A stretch of DNA of 64,000 nucleotides from a virus. The stretch covers positions 10,467-74,466 of IMG/VR virus record IMGVR_UViG_3300021963_000094, one strand, 5' to 3'. The notes under the pieces are model-generated. The model saw nothing but the letters and a program-made list of their open reading frames with translations, searched no databases and was not told the origin of the DNA. Below, piece by piece: positions 1-9,990 of the stretch; the stretch's first letter is position 1; every line of letters starts with the position of its first letter. The translations under genes were made by a program, and so were the position numbers.

Positions 1-1
1 A

Positions 2-1297
2 TTAATATTTAGATTTACTCCACAGGATGAATCATTTTTATATACATCGTATCCTAAAGATGGTGATCTAGTTTCGCTATACATTAGATCCACATCTGAG
101 CTGTACAAGCCAGTTAGAATGGATCTATTAGTTACCGAGGTGCTAAGTCAATTTGCCATGTTAGAAGAAAAATACATGGGTGAAGAAAATAGAGCTAATG
201 GAAATAATGCATCATTTACTATAAAATGTCAAATGAGAATTCCTGGTATATTTCAGCACACCTCTAAATCATTCAAAGATAAAACATCATTTGATGTTAT
301 AAGACAGGTAGCTAAAGATCTTGGACTTGGGTTTGCATCTAATGAGAAAAACACAGAGGACAAAATGAACTGGCTATGTCCTTCTAAAACCTTATACAAA
401 TTTATAGATGATGTCTGTGGATCTGCTTGGAAAGGGGAAGAAGACTTCTTTGATTGGTGGATTGATCAGTATTACGTTTTAAACTTTGTCAATCTTAAAA
501 AACAGTTATTAGAAAAAAGTAAAGATGAAACAAGAGTACTTCAGGCTATAGGAACAGAAAATGGATTATCCGGAGGTTTAGACGGAAATGTTAAACCTGC
601 TGAAGTTAAACTGCCTTTATTTTTTACCAATGATTATTATTATAAAAAATATCCATTTTTTATCAACGCATATTCTGTTAAAAATGCATCCGGCTATATA
701 GCAAATAATTTTGGTTATTCAAGGGATCTTCAATTTTACGATACCAAGTTAGTAAGTGATAGACCTATTAATAAATTTGTGAAATATAAAGTGGAATATG
801 TCACACAAAAAAATCTAGATTATAGCAGTATTCTCTTCAAAGGAAGAGCTAACGAGGATGTTTACAAAAAAGAAACTAAAAAAACCTGGGTTGGTACACA
901 ATATGGCGAAAATCAACACAAGAATATTCAACAGGCATTAGTTCAAAACAAATTAAACAAATACGAAAATTTTAAAGTCTATCTTGAAACACAGATGCAT
1001 TCTTACGTTCCCTGGGTTTATCGAGGCCAAACAGTTCCGACCAGAATAGTACATGCTGAGGCAAAGCAGGCAAGGGTAAATTCACAGGAGGCTAATAAAA
1101 ATCCTCCTATAGATAATGAACAACATGAGATCGGTAAAAAAGTAGACAATAAATTTCTGAGCGGGGTTTATATGATCATGGGATCCTATATTGAGTATAT
1201 AGATGGTGCAATCAAGCAATCATTCCTGCTTGGAAAAAGAGAATGGTTAATTAATGATGGTAGAGGGTCAGATCCCGAGCCAGAAGTAAGTAAATAG
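2..1297 (+). CDS. Putative baseplate hub (gp27/VgrG-N-like) structural protein, 5'-truncated by the window edge
   Basis: The frame of the 119..1297 ORF is open back to base 2 (LIFRFTPQDESFLYTSYPKDGD...). It has hub-like segments (TSFDVIRQVAKDLGL, WWIDQYYVLNFVN, FLSGVYMI) and lies just upstream of the gp5-like gene. Confidence 0.5.
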   Translation, partial: LIFRFTPQDESFLYTSYPKDGDLVSLYIRSTSELYKPVRMDLLVTEVLSQFAMLEEKYMGEENRANGNNASFTIKCQMRIPGIFQHTSKSFKDKTSFDVIRQVAKDLGLGFASNEKNTEDKMNWLCPSKTLYKFIDDVCGSAWKGEEDFFDWWIDQYYVLNFVNLKKQLLEKSKDETRVLQAIGTENGLSGGLDGNVKPAEVKLPLFFTNDYYYKKYPFFINAYSVKNASGYIANNFGYSRDLQFYDTKLVSDRPINKFVKYKVEYVTQKNLDYSSILFKGRANEDVYKKETKKTWVGTQYGENQHKNIQQALVQNKLNKYENFKVYLETQMHSYVPWVYRGQTVPTRIVHAEAKQARVNSQEANKNPPIDNEQHEIGKKVDNKFLSGVYMIMGSYIEYIDGAIKQSFLLGKREWLINDGRGSDPEPEVSK

Positions 1298-1299
1298 AG

Positions 1300-3483
1300 A
1301 TGGCAAATTTTTTAAATGAGATTAAAGACAACTTTAGAAGCGTAACTGACCCAAATCAGATACTGAATAAAGGTGTAGATAAGCAAAGAACTGCCTTTCT
1401 AAAGGGATTAAAATCAACTTCTTCCGGACAAAAAGAAGATCCAACCTATACTGGATTTAGAATCATGTTTGATTTTGGGTATGGTGGATTAGTTGATCCT
1501 TCAACATTTCTACCAGTTAGTCCTTTACTTTCAAAGGGAAAATTCAACGACGGAAAAACGATGAAGGATGACGGAGCTACTGATTTTTTCCATCTCTCCA
1601 GACAAAACATGAATATAGGGGAATTTCCAAATTACACCGAGAATATTCATTATATGACCGCTGAAGGATTTCTAAGAGAAAGAAGAAGCGCTATGGAAAA
1701 CGGGGAGTACGGTGGTAGCACTGATAACACTGGTAGAAAAATAGTTGGCGGAGATTCTGATAGATTCCAATCTGGGGTTTCTCATAGAGCTGCTGCGTTA
1801 TCATCATTTAGAAATCTTCTTTCCAGTATAAACGAAAAGAGCCCTTGGTTTATTCAATCCATTGGAGGATTAGATAAAGTTTTAGGGGTAGATCAGCAAA
1901 GACAAATAGAGAGTTCTAAAGGAAGAGAACAAAGATCTGGAGTTTTAACTTTTGAATGTATGGATTCTATAGATCTTAGAATCAATGCAATGGCGGAGCT
2001 TTACAGAAAGGCGACATATGATTATCAATATCATAGACAGCTATTACCTGACAACCTTCGTAAGTTCAGAATGTATATCATTGTTACTGAGATTAGACAA
2101 ATAGATCTTCAGAAAAATCTTGCTGATGTATTAAATCCATTTAATCTTCCTGGTGTTAGAAACGCTGTTGATTCTATTAGGGATATAGCTCAATCTGCTG
2201 GTATATTGAGAACAGCTTCTCCTGAGTCCACTAATGCAAAAGCGGATTTGGAATCGTTTGTTAAATCGTTCGAAAGAATGGAACCTTATATTCTAATTTA
2301 TCAATTAGATTTATGTGAATTTAATTTTGACCAATCATATCCCTTTACAACTTTAAATAACTCTGTTGGACCAGGAGCTCCTCCAGTAAAAAACACATTT
2401 AAGGTTCACGTTGGTTCAGTTAAAGAGTACAAACTACAATACAATATCCTTTCTGATTTAATTAGAAATGAGTCCACTTTTTCTCCTATATTGATACAGG
2501 ATAGCTGGAACTTAGCTGGATCCCATATGTTACAACCAGGCTCGGGAATCAATAACAATCTGAATGTATTTAAAAAATTAGCAAGTAATTTCATAACAAA
2601 TTCGGTTGCTTCTGTTGTTCAACAACAGGTATCCCCTATTGTTACCAAACAGCTCCTTGGCAACGCTTATGGATTTAGATTGAGCGATGCTGTTAGATCT
2701 CTGAATTCTGTTCAGGATTTAGTTACTGGTATTAAAGAGATGAAGGATCCTTTCGGTGACTATAAACCACAATCCAGAGGATTGGGCGGACCTGCTGAAA
2801 GACAATATCCTATAGTCAGTCAAGATGTTTATCCGGATAATAATCCAAACAATGCAATAGGATCTGGACAGGGAAACGTTTTTCCCAGACCCGGAGTACC
2901 TGGATCTTTAGGCCCTGATGACATCTATGCGGATAGCCCAGGAAAAGATCTAGGATTACCTGATAGAATCTATGGTAAAATAAAAGATGACGAGTACAGA
3001 AGAGTAGGTGGGGATATTGATAGCACGGATCTTGGTGTACCTAATAGAGTATATCCAACAATAAAGGACGATATCTATAAAGGTGTACCCGGGGAAGATC
3101 TTGGATTACCTAAAAGAATTTATACCACTTTGAAGGATGACGAGTACTCTCAGATCCCAGGAAAAGATCTTGGTGTTCCTGATAGAAAATATGCATCTAT
3201 GAAAGAAGATGTTTATAAGAACGAAGAAATCAAATACGGATCAATAAAAGAAAGATCTTATAGCGAGGATTCTAGTATTCCCGAAGAATTAAAATCTGAT
3301 GTTTATCCAAATTCTGAGATAGAATACTCACCTATTAAAGAGACCTTATATACTAGCGATCAAACCGATCCAAAGAATACCTCAGGAGAAGATGTGTATG
3401 CTAATAGTCCAGGAAAAGATTTAGGCCTACCTAAAAGATCATATCCTACGATCAAAGATAACGCTTATAAACAGGGATCTTAA
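1300..3483 (+). CDS. Hypothetical virion/baseplate-associated protein with C-terminal tandem repeats
   Basis: 727-aa ORF between the hub-like and gp5-like genes. The C-terminal third is made of DxY...PGxDLG(L/V)PxRxY repeats. Confidence 0.6.
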   Translation: MANFLNEIKDNFRSVTDPNQILNKGVDKQRTAFLKGLKSTSSGQKEDPTYTGFRIMFDFGYGGLVDPSTFLPVSPLLSKGKFNDGKTMKDDGATDFFHLSRQNMNIGEFPNYTENIHYMTAEGFLRERRSAMENGEYGGSTDNTGRKIVGGDSDRFQSGVSHRAAALSSFRNLLSSINEKSPWFIQSIGGLDKVLGVDQQRQIESSKGREQRSGVLTFECMDSIDLRINAMAELYRKATYDYQYHRQLLPDNLRKFRMYIIVTEIRQIDLQKNLADVLNPFNLPGVRNAVDSIRDIAQSAGILRTASPESTNAKADLESFVKSFERMEPYILIYQLDLCEFNFDQSYPFTTLNNSVGPGAPPVKNTFKVHVGSVKEYKLQYNILSDLIRNESTFSPILIQDSWNLAGSHMLQPGSGINNNLNVFKKLASNFITNSVASVVQQQVSPIVTKQLLGNAYGFRLSDAVRSLNSVQDLVTGIKEMKDPFGDYKPQSRGLGGPAERQYPIVSQDVYPDNNPNNAIGSGQGNVFPRPGVPGSLGPDDIYADSPGKDLGLPDRIYGKIKDDEYRRVGGDIDSTDLGVPNRVYPTIKDDIYKGVPGEDLGLPKRIYTTLKDDEYSQIPGKDLGVPDRKYASMKEDVYKNEEIKYGSIKERSYSEDSSIPEELKSDVYPNSEIEYSPIKETLYTSDQTDPKNTSGEDVYANSPGKDLGLPKRSYPTIKDNAYKQGS
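2780..3475 (+). repeat. Intragenic ~22-aa degenerate protein repeats (PGxDLGLPxRxY...DDxY)
   Basis: Copies read directly: PGKDLGLPDRIY, STDLGVPNRVY, PGEDLGLPKRIY, PGKDLGVPDRKY, PGKDLGLPKRSY, plus degenerate copies. Confidence 0.85.
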
Positions 3484-3516
3484 AAACAAGGATAGATAAG
3501 AGAAAATCCTGTTTGT

Positions 3517-4296
3517 ATGTCTTTACAAAATTTACAAGAATCTAATATAGAAAGGACGCAACACTTCTTAGGTGTTGTTGTTGACAACAAGGACCCAGAG
3601 TTCAGAGCTAGATGCAGGGTTAGGGTTTTTGGTGTTTTTGATGATGTTAAAGACGAGGATCTTCCTTGGGCATTTCAAAGGTTCGATATATCTTTTGGTG
3701 ATAACGGCGGATCCGGTAGGGTTAGTATACCTAAGCTAGGTTGTATAGTTCATGTTCAATTCAATAACGGAAATTATTACACTCCAGAATACAAAGCAGT
3801 ACAGGAACTTTCAAAGGATCTAATAACAGAATTAAGCGCTTCTTACGAAGGTGCTCATTCACTAATATACGATGGTATAGAGAAACTTAAAATATATTAC
3901 ACCGTTGCTAAAGGATTGGTTATAGATTTAAAAGAATCTACTGTTGTAATATCCAATGATAATTCCATAACAATAACACACGCAGGTCAAACATCAACCC
4001 TAGAATTCAGGGGTGGAAAGATAACAGAATTTGCTAATTCTGAAATTGAAAGCACAGCAACAACTAGAATTAAACAAAGCAGTAACGAAGTTTGGGTAGA
4101 CGGTAAAACCACTAAGCTTGGACATGCTCCTGTATACTCAGCTATTCTTGCTGAACCATTATGGATGTTTCTGAAACAACTTGCAGCAGCAGTTGATGCT
4201 AAACTTCCATCTACACCAGGAGCAATGACAAGTTTAGCTGAAAGCTATGAACAACTATCAACCTCAGATGTAGTTAAAGTAACAAAGTCTAATTAA
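3517..4296 (+). CDS. Baseplate central spike, gp5/VgrG-like OB-fold protein (no lysozyme domain)
   Basis: N-terminal FLGVVVDNKDPEFRARCRVRVFG...LPWA...IPKLGCIVHVQF is the gp5 OB-fold signature, followed by a short beta-rich region. Confidence 0.85.
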   Translation: MSLQNLQESNIERTQHFLGVVVDNKDPEFRARCRVRVFGVFDDVKDEDLPWAFQRFDISFGDNGGSGRVSIPKLGCIVHVQFNNGNYYTPEYKAVQELSKDLITELSASYEGAHSLIYDGIEKLKIYYTVAKGLVIDLKESTVVISNDNSITITHAGQTSTLEFRGGKITEFANSEIESTATTRIKQSSNEVWVDGKTTKLGHAPVYSAILAEPLWMFLKQLAAAVDAKLPSTPGAMTSLAESYEQLSTSDVVKVTKSN

Positions 4297-4301
4297 GATA
4301 A

Positions 4302-7300
4302 ATGGATTTTAATTTCAATAAACTTCAGGACATAAGTGATAGAATATCCAGCGGTGAATTAAAACCAGAGGATGTTCTTAACGAGTTTAGTGGATTTACT
4401 GACGATCTTCCTAGTGACGAAGAGATAATCAATAATGCCCAGGAGTTAGAAAAATCAATAGAGCCGGTTCCTTTAATTTTAACCGACGATGAAATTAACG
4501 ACCTTATCTGTTCTTATGATGGAGAGGAACTAGCTAATAGAACTTTTTGGGAGATATTAAGAAAACAAAATTATTTAGACAGAATATCAGAATTGCCGGA
4601 CTTTTCTAGGAATAGAAATTTCGATAAATTCATGGATGATAATAATCTTTCCAACGAACTTAACGGTGCTAAAGAAATGATTTCTGACAATTTAGATTTA
4701 GATCTTCTTGGAATAAAATTTTCAGGATCTAACAGAAAAATCAGAAGATTTAAAATAGGTCCATTTGGATTTGACATTCATATTATAACACATAAAGGAG
4801 TTCCTCTATTTTTTCACGTTGCACCCAAAAAGATGTCTTTAAGTTTTATAAGGGATCAGCTGAAGAAAAAAAGTAAAAAAGGAAAAGCTAAGAAATGCTC
4901 CGATGATATCTACAATAAATTTGGATCTGGTTCAGGACCATCAACTTCTGACAACAATGACTTTGGTGATGGTACCGGATCAGAAGCTGGATCTGATTCG
5001 GGTTTTGGATCGAACAATATAGATCCGGAAAAATTATCATCCCTCCTAGATAATATTTTAGACAGAGAAGCTTCGGAAAAAGATTCTAATAATGCATTTG
5101 ATGTTTCGGATATAGTAGATCAGGTTTTTTGTGAACCAGATTTTCCCATTAACCCCGAAACGGGAGAACCGCTTTTCACAAAAGAGGATCTTAAATCTTT
5201 CATAGAGGAGATTTGCTTACCGGAGGAAGAATCTGCAATACCCGAGGTTTTACCTGAGGGTGATATAGATGATGTAACAGAAAAGGTAAATAAATGTCTA
5301 AGTCAAGCAAAGGAAATATTTAAAGATGTAAGGGAAAATAACGAACTTAGATCTAGATATGAAAAAGCAGAAAAAGATTTAGAAGAAATCCTATATCATT
5401 ATAAGATAGTTAAAAACTACTACAATGGGCTTTCTAAATCATTTGAGGCCAAAGCAAAATCTGGAAAGAAAGGAAATCCTTTAACTCTACTTTTAACTTT
5501 AGTCTTAGCTTCATCCGATGCAAATAAATTTTTAGATGCTGTAAAGAATTTTTCTGCTAGGTTTAAAGAAACCAAAAAACAAACATCACCCGGTAAAAAA
5601 GGATATGTTGGTATTAAATTTGATATAGCATTTCCTCATGGCCTTGGTGGGGATCTCCCTTACGAAACTGTTAAACCAGAAGCAACCTCCGATTTACTTT
5701 CATCAGACTATGAGAGAGTAGATTTAACTAAGCTTCAACTTGGGATGGAATTCTCAAGTAAAGGAATTCTTGGATCGGGCAATTCTGATTTTCTTAAATC
5801 TTATGAAGATTTTATAATATTCAGAGACGAGAATCCAAAACTTGATGTGCCTTTCTACAATTTCATTCAGGACATAGAAGGATCCAACAAACCAAAGGAA
5901 GCTATTATAAAAGATATAGAGAAAAATCATGGATTTCTTTATTCTAATCTTTTAGAGATTTCTGCAAACCCGTGGCTATTCTTTACTGCAGACGAAAGAG
6001 GGGATAATGATGCTAGAAAATCAGCGGACATAAAACCACAGAGCACAAATAGTGACGGAGAACCAAATCAATCATTTAGCGACTTCTGGGGTAATTTTAA
6101 AAAATCTTTTGATACTAAATACAATGCAAGAAAGAAGATAGTAGAGGATAAAATAAATTCGATCAAAGTTCTTTCTGATAAATTCGTAGACACCCTTGCT
6201 GATTACTATTTCACTGTTAATCTAAGTTCTACCTCTAATAATAGTAAGCTACTAAAGGATGCATCGGACAAAGCGGATAAGAACGTTAGCTATATCGAGG
6301 ATCTTTTACTTTCAATAGCTCAGAAGATACAGGAACTAGATCAGAAAAACTCCCCGGAGGTTTTACAATCTAGAGCCGAGTCTATAGATTGTTTTGGCTC
6401 TGCCAATGATGGTAGCGAAAACAGTGGAGGATCTTCTTCTACTGGTATTGGGGTTTCTATTGGACTTGATGCAAACGGAAACCCGAACAATTCTACTCCT
6501 GACACACTAAAGGCTGCTTGCCCTCCGGATTGTTGCGGTGCTTCTGGTCAGGCATTTTCGGGTGGGGGTATAATAGACGGATTAAACTCTCCAGACTGTC
6601 CTAATTTATTCACAACATGTTATTGGAAAGAATTTGCTAAAAAAGCCACGACAGTTGGAATCCTCCCAATTCCTAATGGATTACCACCAATTGAAAATCC
6701 TGCTGGATTTCTACCGAACATCGGTTTAAAATATTGGCCGGTCGGATATCTTCCGCCATCTTTTATTCCTTTACCCCCGCCATTGGTTAATCCCCTTGAC
6801 GGAACTCCTTTCATAAGAATTCCTATGCCTATGATATGGACTATTATACCTCCAATAGTTATACCATTGCCTATAGGGGTTATAGTTATATTCATACCGT
6901 TCATAGGTGGATTTATGCCTAGTCCGTTAGTTTTCTTCCATGATTTTTTAACCGGAAATTCAATATTTCTTTTGGGTATTAGAGGATTTAGATTTATACC
7001 TAGAAAATCAGATCCTGTTATACCAGATCCATTAGTTAGATTAAAGCAATTTTTATCCCTAGGAGTACCTAACTATCTTTTTCCTTTCCCAAATCTTGGT
7101 AAGGACAACGTCGACGATCCTAAGAGAATAAAAAAAGACATTTTAGCAAATCTTAAAAAAAGATTATCAAATGCTAAAGTTAATATCGATTTTTCCAAGA
7201 TTCAAAAAGTACAGGATGATTTGGCTAAAAAGAAAGCAGATCTAGAAAATCAGGTGCTTGATTTGAAAAGAAAGTCTCCACTTGATGGTTCAGATCCTAA

Positions 7301-8843
7301 ACAAAAGATGAAAGAATTAAAGGAGCTTTCTGCATCTTTTGATGCTCAGAAGATAGAAGCTGTTAGATCCGTGATGAAAGATTATTTAAAAAACTCTATC
7401 ACGGTTCCTGATATACAATTCCCTAAGCAGTCTAAAAATCTGATTGCTGAAATACCATCTCCTATAAAGATTATAAGAGACACTAACGCCAAGATAAAAA
7501 TAGGTGCAATTCCACAAATTCCGTCTGCTGGTAAAAAAGTTAATTTAAAATCCAGAATATTAGACTCTGTAAAAAATATAGAATTCAAGGCAGCATCTAA
7601 ATATGCAGATCTTAACAAAGATTTACCTAAAGGCTCAAGAATAGTTGCGGTATTTAATTCACCAATAAATGAGTTAGGTAAAAGCCAGGAGGATGTTGAA
7701 TCTTTAAAGGGATTGATATCTGATGGGATAGGACAGATATTCAGTGGAGATAAATCTCCTCTAAGTAACAAATCTCTTCTAACCTTCAAACCTAAACTAA
7801 AAAAGATTCCAAGAATTCCGGGAGCAGGTCTTCCCGCACCAGGAGCTATAATAGCAACGCCTAATCCTATAGTTAATTCTGTTAAAGGATTTATTAATAA
7901 AAATCTGAATGTCAATGTTCAGGATTTAGTAAAGCTTGCAGATCGAACTTCTATCGGAGGTAACAAAGTTTTAAGGGAAAAAGATTTGCAATTAATGATT
8001 AGGAATTCTCTAGATAAAACTTTAAGCAAATTCCCAGTTGATCTAAAGAATGTTAATTTCCAAAATATTGCTAGTGCAGGTGATGTTGCTCAAGAATATT
8101 CTAAGTTTTGTTCTTCTTTAGAACTTCCTCCATTTCCTCCAAAGAAGAGTGGCAATCCTGCTGTTCCCCTGGGACCTGGCGGAATACCACCGATAATAAT
8201 TCCAGGCTCTGTTGTTTCAAACTTTATAGTGAAGGGAGCTTCATCAGCGATAGATTCCGTGGATGTTTCTAAAATTATTCCTGGCGGATTATCTGCATTT
8301 GATAATTTAGCTGCAGATGACATCAAAGTTATGACAAACAATATTGCGGTTTCTTTTTTTAACAAAGCAAGCATACCAGCTATTGATAATTTGCCATCAA
8401 TTCCTTTAGAAGCAAGACCCCAAGATTACATAGAGCTTGTTATGAGCTTTTTACCGGTTCATCCTTATGCTGATATAGCATTCACGTTATTGTGGACCAA
8501 ATTTAAAAACCCGCCGAGGATTCCGATCCCTCCTGAAATAATAGAACCTCTGTTAGCACTACAAAAAGCTATAGTGTATAAACTACCTTGGCCTATCGTA
8601 GTATTACTTGGAAGAAATGTTATTAACATTTTAAATCCCCTTTATACAAGAGAAGATATTCCTAGATGGGATAGAATGTCTTTGAAAAATCCATTTTTTG
8701 TTGTTTTTCTGGACGAATTTATCAGATCAGCTGCGGATATATCTGGAGGATTCAAATTCTTTATAGGCGCGGGAAAATTATTTTATCCCCTCCCAACTCT
8801 TGAAATTAATTTGGGATTTGGTACTAAAATCAACATAAACTAA
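4302..8843 (+). CDS. Large hypothetical (probably virion) protein with coiled coils and Pro-rich hydrophobic blocks
   Basis: 1513-aa ORF directly after the gp5-like gene. It has helical/coiled-coil stretches, a CPPDCC motif and a Pro/Ile-rich segment (YWPVGYLPPSFIPLPPP...). Confidence 0.55.
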   Translation: MDFNFNKLQDISDRISSGELKPEDVLNEFSGFTDDLPSDEEIINNAQELEKSIEPVPLILTDDEINDLICSYDGEELANRTFWEILRKQNYLDRISELPDFSRNRNFDKFMDDNNLSNELNGAKEMISDNLDLDLLGIKFSGSNRKIRRFKIGPFGFDIHIITHKGVPLFFHVAPKKMSLSFIRDQLKKKSKKGKAKKCSDDIYNKFGSGSGPSTSDNNDFGDGTGSEAGSDSGFGSNNIDPEKLSSLLDNILDREASEKDSNNAFDVSDIVDQVFCEPDFPINPETGEPLFTKEDLKSFIEEICLPEEESAIPEVLPEGDIDDVTEKVNKCLSQAKEIFKDVRENNELRSRYEKAEKDLEEILYHYKIVKNYYNGLSKSFEAKAKSGKKGNPLTLLLTLVLASSDANKFLDAVKNFSARFKETKKQTSPGKKGYVGIKFDIAFPHGLGGDLPYETVKPEATSDLLSSDYERVDLTKLQLGMEFSSKGILGSGNSDFLKSYEDFIIFRDENPKLDVPFYNFIQDIEGSNKPKEAIIKDIEKNHGFLYSNLLEISANPWLFFTADERGDNDARKSADIKPQSTNSDGEPNQSFSDFWGNFKKSFDTKYNARKKIVEDKINSIKVLSDKFVDTLADYYFTVNLSSTSNNSKLLKDASDKADKNVSYIEDLLLSIAQKIQELDQKNSPEVLQSRAESIDCFGSANDGSENSGGSSSTGIGVSIGLDANGNPNNSTPDTLKAACPPDCCGASGQAFSGGGIIDGLNSPDCPNLFTTCYWKEFAKKATTVGILPIPNGLPPIENPAGFLPNIGLKYWPVGYLPPSFIPLPPPLVNPLDGTPFIRIPMPMIWTIIPPIVIPLPIGVIVIFIPFIGGFMPSPLVFFHDFLTGNSIFLLGIRGFRFIPRKSDPVIPDPLVRLKQFLSLGVPNYLFPFPNLGKDNVDDPKRIKKDILANLKKRLSNAKVNIDFSKIQKVQDDLAKKKADLENQVLDLKRKSPLDGSDPKQKMKELKELSASFDAQKIEAVRSVMKDYLKNSITVPDIQFPKQSKNLIAEIPSPIKIIRDTNAKIKIGAIPQIPSAGKKVNLKSRILDSVKNIEFKAASKYADLNKDLPKGSRIVAVFNSPINELGKSQEDVESLKGLISDGIGQIFSGDKSPLSNKSLLTFKPKLKKIPRIPGAGLPAPGAIIATPNPIVNSVKGFINKNLNVNVQDLVKLADRTSIGGNKVLREKDLQLMIRNSLDKTLSKFPVDLKNVNFQNIASAGDVAQEYSKFCSSLELPPFPPKKSGNPAVPLGPGGIPPIIIPGSVVSNFIVKGASSAIDSVDVSKIIPGGLSAFDNLAADDIKVMTNNIAVSFFNKASIPAIDNLPSIPLEARPQDYIELVMSFLPVHPYADIAFTLLWTKFKNPPRIPIPPEIIEPLLALQKAIVYKLPWPIVVLLGRNVINILNPLYTREDIPRWDRMSLKNPFFVVFLDEFIRSAADISGGFKFFIGAGKLFYPLPTLEINLGFGTKININ

Positions 8844-8865
8844 AATCATTTAAAAACAAACAAAA

Positions 8866-9990
8866 ATGGCTAAGAAAAGACAATACACAAGAGACGAGTA
8901 TTCTCCGGAAGAAAGGGCTATTATGGACGAACTTTACGAAGGTCACTTTAGAGTAAATTTCGCAGATAACCCTGCCCAATCATATTCTAAGGAGCTAGAA
9001 GAAAATCAAGTTCTAAGTGTAAAAATCACACAGATCAGAGGAACCAGTGCAATAGGTGAAACGTCTGTTGGACAATCTGTTGCGATAGATTTAATGAAAG
9101 AAGAAAAAGCAATCAAGAGATTAGGATTCCCTGCACTTAATGTACAGGAAGGATCTCAGCTTGATGTTGTAATATTCAAAGATAAATCTGGAATGTATAA
9201 TGGATCTTTAGCAGCAGGCTATGAGAATTCATTAAAGACCGAATTATTAAATTCGATCAAGGAAGAGAAAACAGCATACACGGTGAGAATCGATTCAACA
9301 TGTCCTGGAGGATTTATGGTGAACCTTTCTGGTATCAAGTGTTTCTTACCTGGTTCATTAGCAGCAGCTAATAGAATTATAGATTTCCAATCATTTGTTG
9401 GAAAAACAATCAATATAATGATTGAGACTTACGATGAAAGAAGAGACATTTTTGTTGTTTCCTTCAAAAAGTATCTTAAGCATGTTATTGATGCTAAAGT
9501 GGAAGAATTATCTCTCACACAAAAATACACAGGTACAGTTACAGGTATGTCAACTGCAGGTGTATTCGTTGAATGGGATGAGTATTACACTGGTTTAATC
9601 CCAGCAGAGGAATTTGATAATGCCGGAATTAAAATGGATCTAAACGCAGGAGGAAGCGTGTCATTCTATGTTTCTGACTTCAGAAATCCAAACAGAATAG
9701 TATTAAGATTAAACCCACCTGAAGGAAAAGATAGGGACTTACAGGAACTTAAAGACATTTCTTTATTGGAAGATAAAGAAAATAAAATATATAGAGGGAC
9801 AGTGTCAAAGGTGAAAAACTTCGGGGTTTTTGTAAAACTTGAAAATAACATCGTTGGCCTTGTTGAAAAGGACTATTTGGCTGGAAATCCAAAAGATTAT
9901 GAAGTAGGATCTGAAATATCCTGCACTATCATGGACGTAGAGCTACAGAGTTCAAAACTCTATTTAAAGGAAAAAATTGAAAATACTTGA
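8866..9990 (+). CDS. Ribosomal protein S1-like multi-S1-domain RNA-binding protein
   Basis: About four S1 (OB) repeats: GGFMVNLSGIKCFLPGS (like rpS1 domain 2), YTGTVTGMSTAGVFVE...GLIP and YRGTVSKVKNFGVFVKLE...GLV. Confidence 0.88.
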   Translation: MAKKRQYTRDEYSPEERAIMDELYEGHFRVNFADNPAQSYSKELEENQVLSVKITQIRGTSAIGETSVGQSVAIDLMKEEKAIKRLGFPALNVQEGSQLDVVIFKDKSGMYNGSLAAGYENSLKTELLNSIKEEKTAYTVRIDSTCPGGFMVNLSGIKCFLPGSLAAANRIIDFQSFVGKTINIMIETYDERRDIFVVSFKKYLKHVIDAKVEELSLTQKYTGTVTGMSTAGVFVEWDEYYTGLIPAEEFDNAGIKMDLNAGGSVSFYVSDFRNPNRIVLRLNPPEGKDRDLQELKDISLLEDKENKIYRGTVSKVKNFGVFVKLENNIVGLVEKDYLAGNPKDYEVGSEISCTIMDVELQSSKLYLKEKIENT

